The notes under the pieces: model-generated
The model's input: only the letters and a program-made list of their open reading frames with translations
Told to the model about the DNA's origin: nothing
The model's database searches: none
NCBI RefSeq assembly: GCF_030144855.1
Contig: NC_082731.1
Location: 24,986,001-25,050,000, forward strand
DNA from: Hypanus sabinus
Taxonomy: Eukaryota
Reading direction: 5' to 3'
Length of the DNA: 64,000 nt
Shown here: piece by piece, positions 1 to 12,769 of the stretch
How the letters are laid out: each line of letters begins with the position of its first letter
Numbering within the stretch: the stretch's first letter is position 1
Program-made: the position numbers and the translations under genes

Positions 1-559
1 GATAGCGGTGCGTTGATATAAGGTCGTCACACTCAAATTTCTGTGTGTATGTTGTGATATCGTCATCGCTCCTGAATAATAGTTTATTTTTCTTAAGGTT
101 ATTCATCAAATCCAGCTCATGTCACAGACGCAAATAGCTGTTTGTAAGGCTTTGCCAACCGTCGCGAACGCTTTGACTGTAATTCACGTTTGGAAAATAC
201 GTCTGGTTACATTTAATTGACTTCCATACTTCTATCATAATATGCTCAGTCATTGACATAGGTTAATTTTCCTGAGGCTCCTTAATGAAATCTTGTTTCC
301 AAATACGAAGCCTGGAAAGAAAATAATGTTTCCCCCGAATCATTGATCTCAATATTTAAATGATACCAAAATGCTTTCTATTTCATTGACTAGGTGAGCA
401 CGTTCTCTGCACAGGTAACTACTGGCCGATTTGGGGTACTTGCAGCACGAGTGTTATTTCACGCCGCATCGATGTGTTCGAATAACAACATTGATAGAAG
501 GTAACTACCTCGGAAACCTGCTAATTTCCCAAACGACGCATGTCTGTTATTTACTTATT

Positions 560-1385
560 TACATAGAGATAAACGTGAAATAGGCCCTTCCTGCCATGTA
601 TGCCGCACTGCACCACAATCCACCATGAAATCATCAGACAGTGGATGGGAATTAGGATATTCAGCCTATTGAGTCTGCTGCGCCAACACATCATGGCTGA
701 TCCGACATCCCACTCAACTCCATACACCTGCCTTCTCTAGATATGCTTTGACACCCTGTAGGATCAGAAAATATCAACTTCTCCATTAAATGTACCCATG
801 CATTTGGCCTCCACACCAGTCTGTGGCATTAGCTTTGTTCTCAATGTTCGGCCATCAATGTTAGCTCCTTTTCTTTGTTCTAAATTTTCACCCTCATTTT
901 GGTGGCTGTGCTCCCTAGCTCCGAAATAACCCCAAAATAGGAAACATCCTCCCCTGTCCACACTATCTCGTGGTTTCAAAGAGGTCCCTCCACTTTCTTC
1001 TAAATTACTGTGAGTATAGGTCCAAAGCTGCCAAACGTTCCTCATATGTTCATTCGGGACCCTCTACTGGCCTCTATCCGAGGGCGACACCACTTTTCTA
1101 AGAAACGGGGCCCAAAACTGCTGACAATGCTCTAAGTGCAGCCTGACGTGTGTCTTACAAAGTTTCAGCATTTTCACCGAGCTTTTATAATTATTCCATT
1201 TAAAATAAATGTCAATATTACTTTCGCATTCTTTGCTACATACTCAAATTGCAAATTAAACTTCTGGGCATCTTACTCGAGGACTCCTCAGTCTCATGTA
1301 CTCCAGATCAACAGATTTATCTCTAGCCTAATTACGGGACAGATTACAATGTTCGGTAGTGACTGGTATGTATTTGGACTCTGTA
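560..1385 (-). mobile_element. CR1-type LINE 3' fragment (RT C-terminus and 3' UTR)
   Basis: Minus strand resembles the degenerate CR1 C-terminal region and 3' UTR also seen at 50150-50900 and 63085-63700. Boundaries approximate. Confidence 0.75.
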
Positions 1386-1669
1386 AGAAATGGAGAACCG
1401 GATGGAAACTTTCGCGTGCATGAAAAGGAGCAATCTTGTTTATGGTAGACGCCGGAATTTCCCTTTGAACTACGACGTGAGATGTAATGACGTCATGGTA
1501 CCTCTTCGCTCTAGTCTGTGAGTTCTGCATAGAAAGGATAAAAGCTAAGCAGTTGCTTGCAGGTGATTCAACAGCTTGTCTGTCCTCCAGTGCTTGGCAA
1601 TGTCTTTGCATGAAAGAAACATCGGAATGCAATCGACGATCTGACTTGTGGCAAAAGGCTCAAACTTGA

Positions 1670-2600
1670 AATTTGTGATTCATGGAAAGGCCCATTGTTC
1701 TGCGAGTCTCGGAGATGCTGACAAATATTCCCTGCTTGGTTTGTCGCTGTACATTTACAGTTTCACTGCTGCTGTCTGGCATAAAAATACACTGACATAA
1801 AAATATATAATTTTTTTGCGATTCCATAAAATCTCGCCTATGATTGGACTGTGCAATGCTTCCTTCCGGATCAACATTTGGACTTCCTGAATTTATTCAC
1901 CTGCATATTTAATTGATATTTGGTCACGAATGAAATCATGGATTATTCGTAATGTATAAAGAAACAATGTTCACAATGATATTCCCCACCTACATCACTT
2001 TCTATAAAGGAATAGATGTAACTCCATAGGTTTTCCTCTTCTATTTGCATTATCCATTGCACAAGTAGATTTCCTGGGGAAGTAGTCATCCGGATTTTTT
2101 TTGTATTTCAATGTGCTGGTCATTTTTCACGTCATGGTCCATTTGACTTTGTCAGAATATATAAACTTCATTGGTGACAGCAATGCAGAGTAACAGCACT
2201 CACAACATAGAAGAGACTGCAACCTTACCGCTACCTGTCATTTTAATTTTACTTCTACTCTCATTCTGTGCTGGTATCATGCACTATTACAACAGACTCC
2301 TAAGGAACAGCAACTCGTCGTCCATGTGTTGAAGTTGTTACTTAAAGAGGAAACGACGAATTCTCATCTTTAGCAAATTCACGCTTCTTTATTTATTTTT
2401 TTTGTTTTGGTTGATCCTGTCTTCCCTAATGGAACGACATCTCTAGTGCGGAATGTGCAGCAAATTATTTGCTGTTGATAGTTGTCCTGACAACCGTGCC
2501 GTAGGGTGTTGACCACCGTAAGGCTGTCGTTCGGAAAGGAATACTGCATAAAATATTATAAGCAATTCCGAATATGTGAAGCTAACATGGAGTGCCTTGT
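1670..2600 (+). pseudogene. Degenerate paralogue of the D-J-downstream part of the NAR-TCR-like cassette
   Basis: 2130-2490 aligns clearly with 54160-54530. Shorter colinear anchors: 1673-1698 vs 40236-40260, 1828-1853 (ending GACTGTG) vs 40408-40435 (ending TACTGTG), and 1912-1925 vs 47756-47769. Confidence 0.6.
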
Positions 2601-3029
2601 TGTGAAAATTAAATAAAAAAATAAAGTTTAATTTCCATCTGTCTCGCAATCAACCTGAAGTGTAAACCTCAGCACGAGACAAGCACCAACCCACACTGAA
2701 GTCTCATCCTTTCCTTCTCCATCGGTTGACCCGTTTATGTCAATGTTCATTTAAGACTTTTCCCCCACCTTAATTGCGAGTATGGCCAAGGAAATACATT
2801 TTGTTGTAATTTTCTTGGAAATTACAGAATATTCTCATGGAATTTAGCATTGCGGCTATCTGGAGATTTATGGAAATATTGCTGGGTTAGCATAATTGTT
2901 TAATGATATTGTCTTCCGTGCTCTTCATTTATTGATTTTTGTATGTCAGGTGTGTTTGAAAGGCTATAACTATGAAGTAAGTTGCTCTTGCTTGTTTATC
3001 CTTTAATACCATATCTGTACGTTTATTAT

Positions 3030-3127
3030 GGATTATCATATCATTAAGTGAGATACGGAACTCTAACGAAATGCTCTTTACTACTGCTAACATGCAGTTC
3101 ACAGTGCAGTACGGTATATCACATACT
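3030..3127 (+). pseudogene. V-segment relic (FR3 end) with RSS
   Basis: Reads YHIIK*DTEL*RNALYYC*HAV, resembling the V motif IxDTELSDSALYYC. Followed by perfect CACAGTG (3100-3106), a 12-nt spacer and TCACATACT (3119-3127). No convincing 5' part of the V. Confidence 0.5.
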
Positions 3128-5289
3128 TAGCCCTCTGCGCAGGGTCATGTGAAGCCATAGAAGCAGGAGTTTGATGGTCATAGGAGCAACTGCTGCATAT
3201 CATAATACTTGGATCAGCGACCACTAACGTCAGTCAGAAAATATATGAAGAATATTGATTATGGCTGATGTCAATTGCATTCCCAAACTACTTCTTCAGG
3301 AAATTTGCCAAGAACAATCATGATCATGAGACCATGATCATCTCAGTCATATGACACGACACATAATGCTGATTATTAATGTAACAATAGATTAGTCAGA
3401 GATAATTTTACAGAATTCTAACTCTAGAACTGGATCATGAGAAAGGTATGGTCTCTTTCATGAGATTGTATTTTCAGACAAAATTGAGATGAGCGATGCT
3501 TCTCACTCGAATGCCCCTTTTAAGCAAGCAGATAGTGAATAAACTTAATGCCAATGTCTTCTATGCTTTATCGGTTCTCGTAGCATTCTCTGCATTTATT
3601 ATTCTGAATTTCATTTGCTTTTCTCGTGAATTTTGATATATTTTGATTTAATCATCTGGTCAAGTATTGCAATAACGAACCATTTCGTATCTAGATAGAG
3701 GCCTCAAACGTTGGGACACTGTTTCGATGATTTCCTCCCGATAACAAGCCTGCTCAGTTCGACAATCGGACGGCAATTAACATTTTCTTGTGTAGTTATT
3801 AATTCTTCATTCTTCTTAGTTGAGCCTTCACCTGAGCTTTGTTGTGTTAACTTCTTATCAGAATTGCATATACTCACACGGTCTGCTGAACCGCATTTTT
3901 ATTGATGAGAGTATACCTTTAAAACTTTTATCACACTATTGCGTATATTATTACAAATTACTATTGGTTTAAATGCGTCAAATGTACATATTGTTTTCAT
4001 GGATTTTATTTGAATTTTTATTTTTGTTTGTAATTTTCTAAATCAATATCATACCAAATTATTATCGCAAAATACTACATTATTAGAGCTATAGAAGTGG
4101 TGTGATGTGTTTTGTTGCATGTGTAATGTGCAGCTCTCGTTGGTAGATTTTCTTAATGTATATTCTGTCGGAGGTTTTCCTTTTATTGCACCATGATCTT
4201 TTTCTTTGCCTGCTGATATTCCAGGTAAGATATTTGTCTGTTTCATGTTCATTGAGCAGTTCATTTGTATCCTGCTTTTCTGTATTACATTCTACTCTCC
4301 CTTCCTCACTTTTATTTTTAATATCCTGCTCTTATCTAATCCAACTTCCATGATTATATCTCTAAAATGTATCTTATATTTGAATTAATTGTTTTAGCTA
4401 AACTGAAGACGCAGCGTAAAATTTCAAATCATCAATGTTTTGTCGTGTTATTCGTATCACTCGTTTAGTTATTTCTGATTTGCTACACTATTTCCGTTCA
4501 GCTCTGTGTTTAAAGGTCGATAAAACGATAGTCAGCTTTGAGATTCGTTCTGGAAAAATACCTCGGATCTTTTCATTCTGTTGTTTTTATTTTCTCTTCT
4601 TTTTTGGTTGTTAATATTAATGAAGTGGAGGGTGCTAACTGTGTTGTTTTTTTTTCAAACGTTTCCAGTTTTCCTAAATATTGTCGTTATATAGTATTGT
4701 TGCGAGGATTAACATTTGTTATTTACGCACATATTCATCACATGCTTTCCTTGAACAGGAAGCGTCCTTATTTTGGGGCATTGTCTGTGTAGCATGAGAG
4801 TGTGGTGTTAAATGTTAGCATAATTTTGTCTGTAAACTGAAGTTCGTCATCAGCATTCTGTCAAAGCTCCACGTTTTTGTTCTTTTTTTTTTTGCAATTA
4901 TCATCAGGCTGTGGAGCAATTGCAGAAATAATTTAATTTCTGTCAACTCTGCACATGGTTCCACCTCATTACCAGTTTGAATACCATTATTGCATTCATT
5001 AGTTTGACTTCATTCTAGTTCTTGCGATAATTCATGATGTTTTGAGTAAAGTTTGCTGTAGACTGCAGCGAAGGATATTTAACGGGACGTTCCTAATTGT
5101 AATCAGTTTCAAGGGTTCAAATAAGTCGAATTTAATGCGAGAATTATCAGGAACATGAGCGATCAATAGAGATAATATTTCAGTTTATGGTATTATAACG
5201 TAGCGGCCATGATAAGACATGGCTTTCACAGAAGCTGAATATTTACTGGCTGGATCTTTTTTATGTATCCCTCAAAAGAAAAAAAAATA

Positions 5290-5480
5290 AAGAGAGAAGA
5301 AAATAAATGAGGTGGGAAAGTGGCAGTGCTGAACAGCGATCCTATCATAGCTGGAGAAATGGAACACATCCTGAAGAGATCATCTGCGAAGTAAGAATGG
5401 TTGAAGTAAGCAACAGTCAGGAAACAATCACACTTTTGCAATGAAGTAAAGAAAATTTCAGGAAAATAGAATAGTGAAAA
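5290..5480 (+). mobile_element. CR1 endonuclease fragment
   Basis: GGKVAVL...SSAK*EWLK resembles the CR1 APE segment GGGVALL...SSEAIWVEL. Heavily decayed. Confidence 0.4.
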
Positions 5481-6099
5481 TGCAATGTCCTTGTTAAGAC
5501 TACTATTGCTAAAACTGTCGCGTTTCTTGATAGTGTGTCCCAATGGTAACATTCGTTTTATTTCGGCTGACGTTAAGGTTATATGGTGTTCAATAGCAGT
5601 ATCCTGTGGCAGCTAATCAGAATGGTGGAATTTGGAGAAAGTTCTAAAGAGAATCTCTTGGAATGCAATTTGTGGCGGACATTAGTGTGGTTCGTGGTCT
5701 TTTTTCGGGAGATGCAGAGAAGAGAATATCTGAAAAGACCCCGTAGGATTCGATGATATGAAAAGACATAATTAGAAGGAGTGGTTTGCGATAAGAAGGA
5801 GTATAAAACAGGAAGCTCTACCTGTGATTGGTGATGAGAATTTAGCGCAGTGAGTAACGGTCACACCCAACTTTTGGAAGATACGAGCTCCAACGTTAGG
5901 TGAGTTTCGACTGGTTTAACTGAAATGTAGCCTTGACATTTATTCTTTAGCTTTATCTAAATATCGGTATGATAAGGCTGAAATTAGTAAATATACTTTT
6001 ATTATAATTTTATGTGGTGTACAATCTTTTACTTATTGCCGACTGATGCGGCTGAATGGATTTTATTAACTCATCATTCGGTCAAATTCTGTTTCGTCT

Positions 6100-6760
6100 T
6101 TGGTTGAAGGTCACATCATAACGGCCTTTCGCATATTGCTTATGAAAATGAGCCTGGTCTCCACTGATTCACTTGGTTGTTATCCGAGTCTGCCTTCGAA
6201 CCAGGTTTACATTCGAACCCAGTGACAGGGTTATATTTGCGGACTGCCCGTGCGAGTTTCGCTGAATTGCTATTAGGAACTGAGTACACTGTTTCTGTGT
6301 TTAAGCATGCGCTTAAATTGGTTTCGGGGAAACTGATGAAAGTAATTTATTATGGACGCCGCATGGGTTAAGGCTTGGTGCACTGAAAGAGATTACCTTT
6401 TAAATAATGGTTCTGTTCTTTGTGAGTTGGATCAAAAGACGTAAATTAAATATGTGTAAGATATGTGGGAAAAGCTTCATCATGCTTATGAGCCAGCAGC
6501 GTTTTGTGCTATCAAGCAAAATCAAGGATACAAGAGGAAATCTTCTCCACTTATGACTGGAGACAGAGTTTCAATAAGAGTTTTGCGGCGACTGTGCTGA
6601 CCGCTGAATTACTATGCCTTCGAGACTAACGGGACAGATGCAAAAGTGCAAGTTTCCCGGATGAAGACCGAAGATGGGAATAACCCTGGGGAAAAGATTC
6701 CAGAATCTTCCAGAAAGATTTCAAATATAACGTTGGAAACTACAAGTCGACAGATAGACG
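6100..6760 (+). mobile_element. Decayed LTR-retrotransposon integrase C-terminus
   Basis: RTARASFAELLLG and SPLMTGDRVSIR resemble Ty3/Gypsy integrase C-terminal motifs (SPAELLMG, LxxGDxV). Many stops. Confidence 0.45.
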
Positions 6761-7229
6761 TGACTTGACACAGAGACAAGTTACAGAGATAATTGGAGCT
6801 GGGGGCGAGTCTGATCTTTGTCAGATGATAGGAGGAGCTCAAATTGTGTAAGGCACTTCCGATGGATAAAGGGGCCGTCCCAAAGTAAACGTGAACAGTC
6901 GCACGGCGTACTTGAGGGCGATGAACATGTAGGTGAGGTAAGAAGGTTACAGAGAGTTTGGAAACTCACAGATAGGCTCACAAATGTCGCGCAGGGAAAA
7001 AGGCAGGAGAGGTCACTGAAGAGTGCTCTTCAGTGGGGATTTGTTCAGGAAGTGCTGCCATCTGAGAGGATTCTGAGGAATGACTTCGATGAAGAATTCA
7101 AATGGTGGTCCAGTGCGTTTGCCGATTAAATGTAGCTGGCTGGTGTTCTTGATAGTGCAACAGTTGTTTTGTAAGTTACAACGGGACAGTGACAGGATGC
7201 AGAACATAGCATAAAAGTGACAAACACAG

Positions 7230-7985
7230 TCGTGTGTAAAAGAAAGGTTGTGAATCACTATGGATTGCTGTACTTGAGGCAGATACAGACGATGCGCGTT
7301 TGTTCAGTTACAGACAAGGAAAACTTAATCGGCGGACAGTTGTTGGTTCTTGCGCAGGAGGACTTAAAACTAAAGTAAAAAAAAAAGAAAAAAAATGTAC
7401 TGGAGCGGATGGCAAAGGACAGGGCGTTCACGGATAGTATGACCCGGCTGACGATGAACATTGAAAAAATGACTAAACCTGTTGCATTAATAAAGCCCCT
7501 TGTTAAATGTATAAAACATGTCTGCATCAGTATTATCTTGTATATCCATATAATGTTACATTAGGTTGTTACACGTCTATTGTCAGAGAAGAACTTGCAT
7601 AAATAGGTTAACAACCTTCATAGGAGAAAGGACAGAAAACAGAGGAAAGTAAGTATGCTTATTTTCAGTACGTTGTGGGTCAAAGAATTAGGTGAGAACA
7701 TTTCTGACTCTTCTGGCTTCTGTCTATCATTTTCCAGAAAACAATAAAATGGCGTGCTGCCCTCACTAAATGTTCCGGCACATCATGACAACGTTTTTAA
7801 ATTTCCCCAATTACCCCGCCCACACCGCCCTGGTCAATCAGGCGTTTTCCAAATTACTCACTCTGAAGACTATTTCTGAAAGTCTTTGTTTTCAGGGGAC
7901 AAAAGCGCCGTTTCCGTGTGGACGGAGGGTAAAAAACCAGGAGCAAAAGTTGTGGTTACGGATTTATACGTCGTGGTGTGGAGGT
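7230..7985 (+). mobile_element. Possible PIF/Harbinger DNA-transposon relic
   Basis: LLVLAQEDLKLK...VLERMAKDRAFTDSMTRLTMNIEKMT resembles the C-terminus of Harbinger Myb/SANT-like accessory proteins. Subterminal-like CCGTTTCCGTGTGGACG near 7910-7925. Confidence 0.4.
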
Positions 7986-8329
7986 AAACAACAGTGTTCA
8001 TGCCGGATACTGAACAAAGCTCACGAGCAGAGGAATGTTGGGTTTCAGGTGCCTAGGTTCGTCAGCGTTTTCGCGAAAACGGACAGAGTTGTCAACTGGA
8101 CATTTGGCATGTCTGCTTTCATTTACCAAATCCGTTATTTCAATTGTCGAAACACAAACCTGGTTACACTACACATTTCGAGTTTTGTATTCGGTTCTGA
8201 TTGACTCCCCCTAGAAATTATGAGGAAGCTCTGGAGTGAGTGCCGTCGAAATAACGCAGATTCCGCCTAGTGTAGAGATGGTAAGTTAAGACGAAAAGAT
8301 GGGCGAGCTCGGCATTTTCTCTTCGGACA

Positions 8330-8630
8330 GAAAGAAAATCAAGAAGATCCTATTGACTGGCACCTGAGTGCAAGGGAGACAGATGGGACTGAATTTGTCA
8401 GGTGTGTTCAGGAAGGATTCCTGACACAGTATGTAGACGGGACGACGAGAGGAGAGGCTATACTGGATCAGGTCTGGGTAATGAACCTTGTTAGGTGACA
8501 GACCTCTTCGTGGGCGAGCATTGTGCTGAGAGTGACCACAACTCCCTTAGCTCCAGAATAGCTATGGAAACGGATAAAATTAGACGAAATGGTAAAGTGC
8601 TTAACTGGGGAAGGGCTAACTTTGAAGGTA
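8330..8630 (+). mobile_element. CR1 endonuclease fragment
   Basis: IDWHLSARETDGTEFVRCVQEGFLTQYVDGTTRGEAILD is a typical CR1 APE segment. Confidence 0.85.
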
Positions 8631-8634
8631 TGAT

Positions 8635-9578
8635 AGTTCATTTGGTTGTTACTACTGACTTTTTTGCATGTAGGGTTCTTAGATGTATGCTTCGCTATGT
8701 AGGTCTGGCTGCTGCTGCTACATTGTGTTGGGAACCGTCTCTCTGTCTGTGTTCTGTGTACGAGTCCCAGCCTTACGTCCTACTCACTCGTAGGGGTACT
8801 GACACTGTGTAGAACACCGGCCGCATGACCTGCTCCTAAGAAGGGTTCACGGTTCTGTGTTCCATGTCCCTGTTTTCCTGTTCACTCAGATCCACAGCTC
8901 CGTGTTCAGTTGTCCCAAGATCGAGTCAAGGCTTCGGTTTCTTGTCCTGTCTATGTGTTTCGTCTTCTGCCGGAGTTCCATGTCTAGTGCTGCAGCCAAG
9001 ACTCGAAGAACCCACGTCCCGCCTATACCTGCAGCCAAGCATCGAAGAACCCATGCCCCACATTGTCCTTCAGCCGACCCTCGTCTACTCCTGCAGCTAA
9101 GCGTCGAAGAACACAAGCCATGTCCAGGACTGTATCCATGTCATGTTTTGCCTAGTTCCGGAGTCCAAGCACAATTTAAGACCCAGGTTTTCTGTCCTTG
9201 TCCAGTCTCTGGCTCGGAGTCCAAGCCCTGGCTCCTACATCCAATTTCCTTGCCCTGGCCCCGCTTTCCTAGCTCCTAGTGTACCCTGCCCCGACCCTAA
9301 CTCTAGTTCAGTCTACTTCCTCGTACTTCAGCGTCTGTGTCTTTCATTTCGGTCCGCTCCCAGCGCCCCTTTTATGATAGTACAATCCAGGCAAGCATAA
9401 ACCCAGCGACACCAACACTGTCGGGTTATTCCCGACAGCCTGGGTACTCTCCTGTTGAAAGCAGCCCTCCCCGACCAGCCCGTGGCGTACATTGTCTGGG
9501 AAAGCCTTTTGGGTGGCCAGGAGGCTTCAGGGTCTGTGTCTTGAGTTTGGGTCCGCACGCAACGCCCACTTTTTGACA
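8635..9578 (+). mobile_element. Gypsy-type LTR with start of internal region and a partial second LTR end (internally deleted)
   Basis: GC-rich LTR-like sequence with three GCAGC(C/T)AAG..TCGAAGAAC units (about 8990-9120). The LTR end motif TGTGTCTT..ATTT(C/G)GGTCCGC occurs at about 9336 and again at about 9536. Reverse-complement homology to 17100-17200. Confidence 0.65.
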
Positions 9579-9579
9579 A

Positions 9580-12500
9580 TTTAACTCTGTAAAAGGCCTT
9601 TTCCGCATTCAATGATATCAAATATTCCGATATTTCCTTAGATAGAAAATTCATAATATTTAGCAAACGCTGTATATGAAAATGGGAATATCGATGTTTA
9701 ATAAATTCTGTCTGATCATTCGATAATATAGAAAATATAATATTTTGAAGTCTACGAGCAAACATTTTAGATAAAATTTTAGTTTGAAAATTTTGTAAAG
9801 AAATAGGTCTATTCGAAGAGCAGTCAGAAGGATTCATTTTTATTTTGCGAATAAGGGAAATGGAAGCTTTGAAAAACAATGCTGTAATCTTCGTACCTTG
9901 AAGGCATCTGTAAGGGTAGAACATAAATGTGGTGTAAGCAAAGATGAAAAAGCCTCCAGAGTATCTATCAGGTCCTGTGGAGTTCCCAGCATGCACTTTT
10001 CAAATAGCCTGAACAATTTCCTCCTGGTAAAAGGGTAGGCGCAATTGCCTAGGATCATCTATCGAAATATTAGAAAAATTACATTGATCTAAAAAAAATA
10101 TTGTAAGATTATCATCAGCAGAGTCAGAACTATAGAATTTGGAATACAATTTCCTCAAACTGTCATTAATTTCAAAGTGATCATTTGTCATATCACGATT
10201 CATTTTACGTATTTCTTTAATTCGCTGCTTGGCTATAAGTGGCTTCAATTGATTAGCCAGAAGCTTACCAGGTTTATCTCCAGGAATAGAAAATTGACTT
10301 CTATATTTTAATAGCTGACTTTCAATTGGATACGTCAAAAAGAAATCATATTTAGTTTCGTTTTCAATACGTCCCTCATAAGTTTCAGGGTCAGGTAGAG
10401 AAGCATATTTACAATCCAGTTGTTTTTGGTGATTAACTGATTCGTTTCCCACTTTGTTAGCTTCTTCTAATGATATTTCCAGTGTACGAAATAATTTGAC
10501 CACATATATGCTTTAAAAGTATTCCAATTAATAAGACTAGACGCTTCCTCCATCGTGTTTTCTTCAAAAAAAAGAGAATAATTTGATTCTTCATCCAAAT
10601 TTTACATCTCCTAATCGGATAACAGAGTTAAATTAAATCTCCAAAATTTACTCATAGGGATAGGACAAGGGAGATTTACAGATAGAAGTAAAAGGCAGTG
10701 GTCAGAAATAGCAATCCCTTTATATTCGATCGATCGAATCATTGGTATCATTCGACTGTCTATTGGAAAATAATAAATTCTAGTAGAAGAATGATGGACA
10801 TGAGAGAGAAAAAAATTATTCTAGTCCTCTGGATGAAGAACACGCCAAGTATCACTATACTATATTTTGTTAGAAAGGATTGGATAAACAATGCTGATTT
10901 ATTAAGGGCGGCTGGTTTGACAGTTGAGCGAATTAATACTGTATCTAACCAGCAGTTATAATCTCCACCTATTACAAGACAGTGAGTACACAAATCTGGC
11001 AAAAATTAAAATAGGCGTTCAGAAAATTCAGGAACGACTACGTTGAGGGCTTATGCATTAGCAAAAACAAACAATTTATTGTTTAAACTCCCCGATACGA
11101 TAACAAGTAACCATTACGATCCGAAACAACTTTTTGCTTAACAAAGGAAACTGTATTATCTACAACAATCGAAACTCCATATGATTTCGCAATAAATGAA
11201 GAATGGAATTGCAGACCCTTCCACCGAGTAAAAAAATGTGAAGTATCACAGCTGCGTATGGACGTTTTTTGTAAGGAAATATTCGTTGTTTTTATTTTTC
11301 TTTAATATAAGCAAACACTTGTTCTTCTTAATGGGGTGATTCAGCCCTGTCAAACTGAATAAGTCAGTATTTCGAACAATTTTAAATGCAAGTCATCATG
11401 TAATTAAAACATCTGGCCATAAGTTATTAAAACTAGAAAGCAAATCGTTGGGTAATGTAGTCAAACCGGCAATCTTATAATCAACCGAACTCGGCTCGCA
11501 GAAAAAAAATGGCGCTAGTCCTTCCCCAACCCAAATCCAGAAGGCTGACCAGCGTTCAGTCAGCGAGCTAATAACTAAGTTCACTCCCTTAAAAATACTG
11601 AGTCCTTCAGGGTCAATTATGTCCCTACCAAGACACAACATTAAAAGAAAAATAACTCAGTGCTCAATAATATAAAAAGGGCAATTTAAGCAAATTCAAA
11701 GAAAACTAAATTAAAAGTAAAGCCTCAAAACAGATATAATAAAACTGAATCAAAATACAAACAAAAGATAGTATATGAACAGCGAAAGCGTAAGCTGTTT
11801 GAGAACTTATGTCAATTTCATTTCAACAGAAGATAAATGATCAAATATGAAATTTTTAAAATTTAGACTTCAGGCTTTGAAAATCTTTTGCGGCCTCAAA
11901 TAAAAGAATTCTTCTATGCAATCCTTTCTTCAAAACAATACTCAGCCGAGCGGGACTCCAAAGTGATGTTTTAAATCCTTTATTGTAAAATTCTGACATA
12001 ACTTCTTTGTTATTTCCCATACGTACAGCAATAACTTCAGGCGAACACTCTTCCAAAAATCTGATTTCTTAACCATGGAGATAAATAATACCTACTCGAC
12101 GGGTATGGCGATTTAAAAGGTCCTTATTACGAAGTTCGTGAAAAATTAGAATTATCGACCTGGGCCTCTCTGCCGACGGCAATGGCTTTGATGGCGGGGA
12201 GGGATTTGCTCGATCGAGCTTCGGCACAGAAGTGAATAACATAGGGAATAATTGTTTCAGAACGTTTACAAAGATCTTTGTAAGGTCAGGGCCTTCAGCT
12301 GATTCTTGAAAACCCAGAATTCCCAAGTTACTTCTCCTGTTCCTATTTTTTTTAGAATCATAATCCTATACACCATTGTTTTCATTGGATAAGGATAACT
12401 CGTTGTAGAGTTTAATTGTATCTTTAACAGCCTCTTCAAGTATCACCACCTTTGCATTATTTTCCTTATTTCGGTTCTCATGTTCAGTTAGGGTTTCTAG

Positions 12501-12760
12501 GATTGTATTCAGTTTGTCATTAATTCGTTGAAAGTCCTCAGAAAATTCCGATTTTTGCCGTTTAAGAAAGTCAATGATTGAAATCAAAGTAAGTGGGGAT
12601 TAATCTCCTGTTTCTCTTTCTTTTGCAAAAGCATTTGTTCTTTTCCCAGCCATAGTAGAACAGTATTCAAGTAGTATAATATGGTAACATGGTTTAAAAA
12701 AAAATCTGTAGGAGACAATAAAGTAAGAGGAGCAATCTAAAATGATGTTACTCCATCGGC
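9580..12760 (-). mobile_element. LINE-1 (L1), decayed: ORF1, endonuclease and N-terminal RT; 3' end missing
   Basis: ORFs 12366-12587 and 12069-12326 (coiled coil, ILGFQES...PKLDRA...PRSIIL) match L1 ORF1. 10760-11002 has GGDYNCWLD (APE). 9328-9996 has SNRPISLQNFQTKILSKMFARRL...LNAEKAF (RT). Confidence 0.9.
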
Positions 12761-12769
12761 TGCCAACAG

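Noticed and set aside
1487-1523. Leader-like MTSWYLFALV with GTGAGT donor and TGACGTCA
   Set aside because: Only 10 codons, the next AG gives a 44-nt intron, and no V exon follows.
1912-1956. J-like LIFGH(G)MKSWII with GTAATG donor, and LIFGP at 47757
   Set aside because: Needs an indel plus several substitutions, and lies about 60 nt beyond the heptamer. Used only as an alignment anchor.
2043-2050. Octamer ATTTGCAT (also near 19433 and 32447)
   Set aside because: None lies upstream of a credible leader, and this frequency is expected by chance in 64 kb of AT-rich DNA.
2510-2560. J-like TTVRLSFGK(G)
   Set aside because: Frameshifted, with no donor or convincing RSS. It falls inside the region homologous to the 54.5 kb relic.
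8985-9125. Three spaced repeats superficially like a CRISPR array
   Set aside because: Degenerate units with related, unequal spacers inside a Gypsy LTR of a vertebrate genome. No cas genes.
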